Shown here: in pieces, positions 56,007-64,000 of the stretch
How the letters are laid out: the number at the start of each line of letters is the position of its first letter
Position numbering within the stretch: position 1 is the stretch's first letter
Source: Nageia nagi
Taxonomy: Eukaryota > Plantae > Pinophyta
Direction: 5' to 3'
Length of the DNA stretch: 64,000 nt
NCBI GenBank assembly: GCA_050084985.1
Contig: JBITNC010000001.1
Location: 20,646,001-20,710,000 of the forward strand
The notes under the pieces: generated by a model
Databases searched by the model: none
What the model was told of the DNA's origin: nothing
The model's input: only the letters and a program-made list of their open reading frames with translations
Translations under genes and position numbers: made by a program

Positions 56007-58234
56007 GAATATCCGTGAAGCAAACATAGTTTCATTAATTGTAACCATCTTACCTACAACTCTTAGAATGGAAGTGTGGAAGAAATGTAGAAAATCTACT
56101 TTTCTAGGATTTTCCTACTTCTCTACTAACCTTTAATCTTTTTCCACTTCACCACCCCACACAAAATGAGGAATTTAATTTAACTAATTTCCTTGGTGTC
56201 ATTTATTCATAAAGGATGGTGAATATTCAATAGGAATATACCTATCATAAATATACAGGATCACTATATGAATTATACAAAATTATGATATGAGTATACA
56301 AGAAATCATGATATGATCATTTATGCCTAAAAGATGTAAAGCAATACAAATACAAATGTTCAAAGAAATAATTATCTGAATATGTGAAGAAATTCGAATG
56401 CAAATATGTCTAATAATATCAATACAAATGTACAAATAAATACTACTACAAATGTGTTGAGCAACATCAATATGATTGTGTGAAGCAATAATAATATGAA
56501 TGTGAGGAGAAAAACTAATATGATATGAGTTGGTAATATGAATGTACCCATGTAGGTGATATTTGTATTAGAATATGGATGAACCTTACCAATATCGACA
56601 CTGCTACATAATATAAATATGAATGTATAATGTAATACCAATATGAATATGTGAACCATTAGTAATGTGAACGTGTGGAGAAATACCAATACAAATATGC
56701 AAAGAAATACTAGTGCAAATATGTGAAACAATACTAATGTGAATATGCAGAGAAATACAAACGTAAATATGTAGAGAAATACAAATATGAATATGCAAAT
56801 AATACCAATGCGAATATGCGGTGAAATGCTAATGCAAATTTGTGGATTAATACTAATATGAATATGCAGATAAATAATTATGCTAATTTGCAAAGCAATA
56901 CCAATGCAAGTATGCAAAGAAATTCCAATATGAATATGATGTGAGTTCGTAATGTGAATCTGCAAAGAAAAACCAATGTGAATATGATATGATTTTGTAT
57001 TGTAAATATGCCTGTGTTAATAATATTTTTTTACCGAAACATGGATGGGCCTCACCAATACCAGTAGTCCTACGCAATATAAATATGAATGTGCGATATA
57101 ATACCAATGAAGGTATTCAGAAGAATACCAATGCAAATATTTGGAGTAATACGAATGCAAGTATATGGAGTAATACTTGTACAAATGTACAGAGAAATAC
57201 TAATGCAAATGTGCAAAGCAATACCAATGCAAATATGAAATGAAATACTAATATGAGTATGATATTAGTTTGCAATGCAGTTTCGATGAATTTTTGGTCT
57301 AAACATGGATGAGCCCCATCAACATTGATAGAATGTATCGTAAGATATCATGTATAGGAGGGCGACTAAGGGGTTGGATATCCCTTTTTCATATTAATCG
57401 ACATCAGCATGTCTATCACATTCTATCTCTTAAACGTTTAAAAGGATCAACACTTACCGGTCAAAATAATACATAATTATTTAAAAAATAAATAAACAAT
57501 TGTATAATAATAATAAAATTATAAATTTTAACATGAAATTAGATCCTACAATTATAAAATCAATATCGTAATTTCAATAAAATCTAATAATAAAATAGAA
57601 ACACCATGATTATAACTGACACATTTATTGCAGAACGGGTCTACAAGAACTCATGACGTTATCATGCGGACTTAAAAGATGTGAAGCAATAAAAATACGA
57701 ATGTACGATGTAATACTGATGCAATATGTATATCAATGCAAATGTGCAGAGAAATACCAATATGAATAAGTGAAGAAATTCTAATGAAAATGTGTGGAAC
57801 AATACCAATGCAAATGTTCCAAGAAATACTAATGCGAATGTTTCAAGAAACGTCAATATGAATGTGTAAAGCAACACCAATGTGAATGTATGGAGAAAAA
57901 CCAATTTGAATATGATACGAGTATATCTAGTGTGAATATGCTCGTGTTTATGTATCAAAAGAGGCCTCGTATGTGAATATGATACGAGTATATCTAAGCC
58001 ATATAAATATGAACGTACGATGTAATACCAATATGAATATGTCGAAAAATACAAATACGAATGTACGAAGAAATATCAATGCGAATATGCAGAGAAATAC
58101 CAATGCAAATAAGTGGAGCAATACTAATGCGGATGTGCAAAGAAATACAAATGTGAATATGCAGATAAATACTAATGCGAATGTGCGGAAAAATACTAAT
58201 ACAAATGTGTAGAGAAATACTAATACGAATATGC
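56007..58234. promoter_or_regulatory. Cluster of P1BS (GNATATNC, PHR1-binding) motifs
   Basis: Perfect matches start at 56007, 56221, 56234, 56741, 56789, 56812, 56860, 57376, 57934, 58083, 58155 and 58227. Function is inferred, not shown. Confidence 0.55.
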
Positions 58235-59020
58235 AGAGAAATAGTTTATGCTAATATGCAAAGCAATACCAATCCAAATATGCAGAGAAATTCTAATGTG
58301 AATATGATGTGAGTTCTTAATGTGAATTTGTGGAGAAAAACCAATGCAAATATGATATACATTTGTATTGCAAATGTGCGTATGTTGATTACTTTTTTGT
58401 CGAAACATGGATAAGCCTTGCCAATATCGGAAGTGCTAAGCCATATAAATACGAATGTGAAGCGTAATACCAGTGTGGATATGTGGAGCAATACTAATGC
58501 AAATATGCGAAGAAATATCAATTTGAATGCTTGGAGAAATAACAATGCAAATTTGTGGAGCCAAATTTATGCATATATACAAAGAAATACTAATGCAAAT
58601 TTGCAAAGAAATATCAATGTAAATGTGTGGAGAAATACCAATTCGAATATGATATGGGTTCACAATGCGAATGGGCCTGTGTCCATGACTTTTTTGCTAA
58701 AACATCGATGAGGCCCACCAACATTGACAAAATGCATAGAAGATGTCAAATATGAGAGGGCAAATAAAAGGTTGGATAACTTTCCCATATTAATTGATAT
58801 CAGCATCCCCATCTCGTTCTATCTCCTAAATGCTTAAAAAGATCAACACTTACAAGTTGAAATAATACATTATTATTTAGAAGAAAATAAACTAACAATT
58901 GTATAATAATATTAATACAATTAAAATTATAAACATAAAATCAAATCCTATAGTTATAAAAATCAATGTTGCAATAAAATTTAACAACAGAATTAAACAT
59001 CATCATTATAATTGATATAA
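56290..59020. repeat. Tandem duplication of a ~1.35 kb unit, each containing a higher-order 24-bp minisatellite (consensus ~AATACCAATGCGAATATGCAGAGA)
   Basis: Units at ~56290-57620 and ~57640-59020 share heads (AAGAA.TCATGA...TAAAAGATGT.AAGCAATA) and tails (GATCAACACTTAC...AATAATACAT). The spacer AAACATGGATGAGCC.CACCAA recurs at ~56572, 57037, 57301, 58403 and 58700. Confidence 0.9.
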
Positions 59021-59619
59021 TTATTACTTTGTAAATTTAAATAATAAAATTGATTTTTTTAATGAAAAACTAAAATGTATATTAAATAAAATTTATTCAT
59101 AAAAAAAGGAATAAGTAGAGTTAGCAAGTAGAATTTTGCCATGCATATAAATTTAAAAATTTTAATAGATAGTCAGCTATAGTTATTTTGTGTATAAAAC
59201 TACATTAAGTAAAAGTTTTAAATTCATCCAATGATGTGAGGGGAGTTGGAGAGGAATGGTAAAGATAAAATTCTAAGTTGAAAAAAGAGGCCTCGTATTC
59301 AAAACTTTCCTCCATCCATTATGTGGATATGCTAAATTCAATCAATGGATGACCATGTTAGTGTAAATGAGGTTGATACAACTTCTGAAAGAGAACTCAA
59401 ACACTGAATCTAATTCCAAGAAATTAACTCCCAAGATTAATAATAGCTAACGAGGAAAAGAAATCATAGAAAGGGAGAATTCATGAACGGTTTTAAGCGA
59501 GGAATATGTTATTCATTATTCAGCACCAGGAATATGAGGTGCAAGGCCTTCATTACTGCTCAATATTTTCTATTTACAGTACTGCAGGTGACATATTTTA
59601 TTCATATCGTACTTAACGA

Positions 59620-61272
59620 TCATGGTGTTAGAAAAACCGGCGCAGTTCTGGAGGTGGAATGGGCTCGCCGGAGCTCTATTCCTTGCTCTTCATCGTTTTC
59701 ACCTGAGAGCTCTTCCAGCGACTTCCCCTTGGTTTCTGGAACTAGAAACGTGAACAAAAATCCCAGCCCATTTGTAACTCCTAAAACTATCAGAGAATTC
59801 TTCACTCCAATGCCCTTTTGGTAACCGCTGTCAACTTCCGCTTCGTGAGTGCTCTGCGCTGCGTAGAGAAACCCGAACGCTCCCACAATGGCTCCCGCTT
59901 TGCCCGCTGCAGCGGATATTCCGTGGCAGGTGGTCCTGAGCCTCGCCGGAAAGAGCTCCGCCGGCACAATAAACGTCGTGCTGTTGGGACCGAAATTCGC
60001 GAAGAAAAAGGTTAAAGCGTAGAGAACGACGAACGAAATATGATTTTCGCCGCAGAAAGAGTCCCCGCACTTGGTGCCGCGCCAGTGGTTATACGGTATG
60101 GCAAGCGCGAGCATGAAGACCGTCATGAAAAAGAATCCCATGAGCTGGATGGTGAATCGGCCCATGTATTCAATCAGGGCCACTGTGAACCAGTACCCAG
60201 GAACCGTCGAACATAGAGCAATAATGGCCTGGGCCCTCGCGATGCGGTACACTTCTTCTATGGCGTTCATTTTGCTGGCGGCGGGAAGCCATCCAACGGC
60301 GGTCAGAATGTCCTTCTGGAACAGATTCTGGCTGTAGAATGCGATGTCCAGCAGAAACCATGTTGTTGTGGTTCCAACCAGATGGAGACCGTGGCGCGTT
60401 GCAAATTCTCTTGAAAACAAGCCGAAGGGCCTCTCTTTGCTCGCTATATGGTCGATATTTGACTGTTCCTCATGGATTTCCATTTGGAGCACCTTGGACA
60501 TGTCGGACGCGGCTTGCTTTGCGTTCCTTGCAACCAACGCCGTGTATCGAGCAGTTTCTGGCATCTTCATGCGCCAGTAGTAGGTCAGCGCCGCCGGTAA
60601 AGCTCCAAACATGAGGATTATTCTCCATACATAGTCGGCCTCAGTAGCGGTGGAACCAGCACGGTCCACCTGATAGGCCGGGCGGTCGAACTTACTTTTG
60701 AATCCAGCGGACACGATTATGGACACGGTCGCGCCAGCAAGAATCCCGAAGCCTTGCATTGCGAATACCGCAGCAATGAAAGCCCCTCGTGTTCTTTTGT
60801 TGGCGTACTCAGACATGATTGTGGCGGATAAAGGGTAGTCCCCTCCAATGCCGAAGCCCAGCCAGAATCTGAAGAAGCAAAGCGTGGTCATCACGGATTT
60901 GGCGGTGCTGCCGAAGGAGAGGCCCGATGCGACGGAGGCAAAGACCATGAGAACGAGAGTTAGTCCGTAGACTCTTTTACGCCCCATTTTGTCGCCGAGC
61001 CAGCCGAAAAAGAGTTGCCCGGCGAGGGTTCCGCACAACGCCACTCCGTTCACGGCGGCTGAGACGTTCGGAGGCAGAGCACCGGGTTTTGGACTCTGTG
61101 GGTTGAAGTAGTAGATCCTGCCTAGAAGCTTTGTGACTAAGGATATGCAGAAAAGGTCATAGGCATCTGTGAAGAAGCCCATTCCTGCAATAACTATGGC
61201 GGTGAAGTGGTACCATTGGGTTTTGGCTACGTCCAAAGCATTCAGCACCTGAAGCTGGTTGTTGCCCCCCAT
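59620..61272 (-). CDS. PHT1: PHT1-family high-affinity inorganic phosphate:H+ symporter (MFS), 550 aa, intronless CDS
   Basis: Intact ORF with [29 protein letters not shown], the PHT1 signature [22 protein letters not shown], and [14 protein letters not shown]. CpG-rich. Confidence 0.98.
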   Translation of the reverse strand: MGGNNQLQVLNALDVAKTQWYHFTAIVIAGMGFFTDAYDLFCISLVTKLLGRIYYFNPQSPKPGALPPNVSAAVNGVALCGTLAGQLFFGWLGDKMGRKRVYGLTLVLMVFASVASGLSFGSTAKSVMTTLCFFRFWLGFGIGGDYPLSATIMSEYANKRTRGAFIAAVFAMQGFGILAGATVSIIVSAGFKSKFDRPAYQVDRAGSTATEADYVWRIILMFGALPAALTYYWRMKMPETARYTALVARNAKQAASDMSKVLQMEIHEEQSNIDHIASKERPFGLFSREFATRHGLHLVGTTTTWFLLDIAFYSQNLFQKDILTAVGWLPAASKMNAIEEVYRIARAQAIIALCSTVPGYWFTVALIEYMGRFTIQLMGFFFMTVFMLALAIPYNHWRGTKCGDSFCGENHISFVVLYALTFFFANFGPNSTTFIVPAELFPARLRTTCHGISAAAGKAGAIVGAFGFLYAAQSTHEAEVDSGYQKGIGVKNSLIVLGVTNGLGFLFTFLVPETKGKSLEELSGENDEEQGIELRRAHSTSRTAPVFLTP

Positions 61273-61300
61273 TATTGAATCTCGTTCTTTTCAAACTCTT

Positions 61301-61602
61301 CTGCAGTAATGGACATTCAACAAATTATTAAGATGCAATTGTATTCTAGCAAACAAATCCTGTCTCAGTTAGGACATTTTAGGGCAAAATAACATATAAA
61401 TTCAAATACAAAACGATTTCCAACTGTTTCAGTGGAGATATGATATATTCGCAATCCTAACCATATAGCTCTCTGTCTCTTTCCTGTGGATATCTGATAT
61501 ATTAGCAATCCTAACCATATAGCTCTCTCTCTCCCCTTCCAGACATTATTGTGCCCGAAAGATTTTAAAGAGCGAGCCAATAATTTAATGTAAGAACCTC
61601 AC
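61301..61602 (-). other. Predicted 5' UTR intron of PHT1
   Basis: Minus-strand donor GAG|GTGAGG at 61602 and acceptor ACTGCAG| at 61301, 28 nt before the ATG. 5' UTR introns are common in PHT1 genes. Confidence 0.6.
61432..61540. repeat. 54-bp tandem duplication in the predicted 5' UTR intron
   Basis: GTGGA.AT.TGATATATT.GCAATCCTAACCATATAGCTCTCT occurs at 61432 and 61486. Confidence 0.9.
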
Positions 61603-64000
61603 CTCCAAGTAGAAGCTGCGCCAAAGGACAAGGCTTCTTTATGCGTCTCTGTATGTGAAAAATGCGAGCCTACACTACATTTAATGGCTCCGAAAGATGA
61701 CGATTGATGAGTATCGGATTTTCGTGCCAGCGATTTTTAAGTTCGGTTTCTGCGCAATAGCCCACATAGTTGAGTGTAATGTACGGGTCAACGTGCGTTA
61801 AGTATGTGCTGGATTGGAGCTTAAATTAATGCTTCGAGCCCTGAAAAGCCAACTCTATACGAAATATAAATTTACTTTCGCTTTGCTCCACAAGCTCAGT
61901 TCAAAATTGGCTTAAACATGCATTCAGATTCTACCATGGTCCTGAAAAAACCTTAATTTCCAGGCAGCGAATACTCGACGACTCAAACACTTTATCCTCT
62001 TCACTGCTATCACCCACTAAACCAACAACAAATCGGATTTACGTTGACCAATTCAAACAGTGTAAGTCTCTTTATACTGTTGTTATATTTGGATGTCATC
62101 GTTGGACACTCCCAAATAAAATAACACCTATAAATTATGTTTTCCTCTCTGTAGACGGGCCTAAATAGACTGAAATTAAGTTCATTTTCTAATTTTATAT
62201 GTCCATGAGCGTGAGCTGTACTCTTTGTCTTGCCTATATATATCTACCAGGTAACTTGCGAGGCCTCCTTACAGGGCAATTTGATGTTGAGCTTTTGATT
62301 TAATTTATAGGCCTGTTTTGATATTTAGGCGGCACAGGATTATCCATCTGAAAAAAATGTCAACGCCCGTAACGAATTTTAGCCCACTAGAGCCATATCC
62401 TTGCTTGATTTGCTAAAATTCAGTCTATAAAATAAAGTATTATTTAAACATATAAAATTAAGTTACAGGGATATGACGGACTCCATTTATCTATAGGTTG
62501 CGGTTAACGAAGGGCTCCTCAAGGTCCACGATGGTTTCAGCCGTACCACAAACAAAATGTTGTCACTAGAATCATATGTGATGTCTAAAGTTTATAGATA
62601 ACTATTTAAAGAGGCAGAGTTAAATGTTAATGTAGATGGCAGATTTTATTCTTATTCACATTATGTTCATATAAATATGAATACAATATAAAGTGATAAT
62701 GTAAATAGAATAATAATTACAATTATAGTATATTAATGAAAATGATATACAATTTTCAAAATAGATATATTATATTATAAATTTTAGTTTGTGTATTTTT
62801 TGTTCATTTTAATTATATGGCTTTTCTTCTAGTCAATCAAGATTTTGGTCTATCCAACCACTTATATTATATCTAGTTTCCAATCAAACTTGGTCGAACT
62901 AACTTTGACTTTTCAATATCAATGTAAAGCTTTCAAGATATTATGATCAAGTTAAGATGTATTCTTATCACTCTAATGGGATCCAAAGTTTATCTTTGAG
63001 ATTATAAGTAGGACAAGTGCCAAGCCATACAAGGTATAGTCTCTGACCCATGTGCATGAATAGTTAATAGTTATAATGTATTTAGCATTCTATGTTGGTT
63101 GTTTGTAAGGTTCTTTAGCATGATGTCTTAGTTGTTTAAAAGGTTGCTTGTTATTTTGATAGTCACTTTTTCTTACATATTAAGAATTCTTAGATGATAT
63201 AGAATCTTCAAGAGTGACATTGGAAGGTAATAATTCTAAAGAAGCTCTAAGTGTTAGTGTTTTGATGAGGAAGGTGGAATTGCTATGGAAAATTTAATTT
63301 TCAAATTAGAGAAATATGATTTATTAGAGAGATTTAAGGGAGGAGGATTAACATCTACATAAGATTGGATTTCATGTTTTTATATAATGTATTTGGTAGG
63401 ATTTGATACATTTCTTTTGGAGATTTTGATTATTGGCAATGATATTTACAAGTTAAGTATTAGATCTAGATTCATGTCAAAGCATGAGAAGGAGGTATGT
63501 CAAAGAAAATATGGCATATTTACTAGATTATAATAAATATAAAATTCTAAGTATATAATAATTGAACCTTTCATGTATAGATTTTATGCATTAATATAAT
63601 GTCGAGGGGAAACATTACATAGATTTATAAACTTGATTATGTGTTATTTTTGTAGCCAATTTTATAATAGAGAAATTTTTAAGTTCTTTTCCCTTCCCTT
63701 AAATTCATAATAAAACTCAATTGTATAAAGAATTATGATTTATTGAGTTCAAGGCCACTATTCATAAGGTTAGGATTTACTAGTATTGGATTAGGAGACG
63801 GATTAAATTACATATTATTAGTAATAAAATTACTCTTGTTGATGGTAATTTCATCCATACAAAAATTCATGATCAAGTTTACCACCCTATGGATTGCTCA
63901 AAGGTCATACCATCCACATTTGAATGAGAAGGCTCTACTCTTCTCCTTTTGAAGGAATAGTTACTCCAAGGTCTATGAAAAAGAAAGAAAAAAAATAGTA

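Noticed and set aside
56372-58711. Many overlapping ORFs (up to 197 aa, hydrophobic or Asn-rich)
   Set aside because: They are by-products of a 24-bp (multiple-of-3) minisatellite, open in several frames on both strands and low in complexity.
56290-58720. Repeat-spacer appearance suggestive of a CRISPR array
   Set aside because: Plant nuclear context, degenerate contiguous units, spacers that are themselves repeated, and no cas genes.
59483-60614. Plus-strand and alternate-frame ORFs overlapping PHT1
   Set aside because: Shadow ORFs of a GC-rich CDS with no independent evidence.
59914-61148. P1BS matches inside the PHT1 CDS (GGATATTC at ~59914, GGATATGC at 61141)
   Set aside because: Explained by conserved codons (GIS, CIS), so I did not count them as regulatory.
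62560-64000. AT-rich, possibly coding-derived sequence at ~63100-63520 and ORF 63743
   Set aside because: Probably TE debris, but I recognise no motif to support a call.

Overview
Eukaryotic land-plant DNA. It is very AT-rich and strongly CpG/CHG-depleted, and the TE types suggest a gymnosperm (inference). About 55 kb is a stack of decayed, nested transposons. On the left, a Tat-type Gypsy sits inside a chromovirus Gypsy, which abuts or sits in a Copia remnant; a Gypsy pol remnant and a LINE remnant follow. Then a CACTA transposase remnant is interrupted by a ~28 kb Copia, itself split by a deleted Gypsy (25458-30206) and an 18 kb Tat/Ogre-like element (31364-49527). The only intact gene is a PHT1 phosphate transporter (59620-61272, minus strand, intronless CDS) in a CpG-rich island. 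Two partial copies of its 3' end lie at ~34.6-35.7 kb and ~55.2-55.6 kb. The strongest candidate for a novel system is a tandemly duplicated, higher-order 24-bp minisatellite just downstream of PHT1. Its unit carries the PHR1-binding P1BS motif (GNATATNC), giving 12 perfect sites in ~2.2 kb, while I found none in the 2.7 kb upstream of the ATG. All TE coordinates, counts and translations were read by hand from degenerate sequence and are approximate unless termini are quoted.
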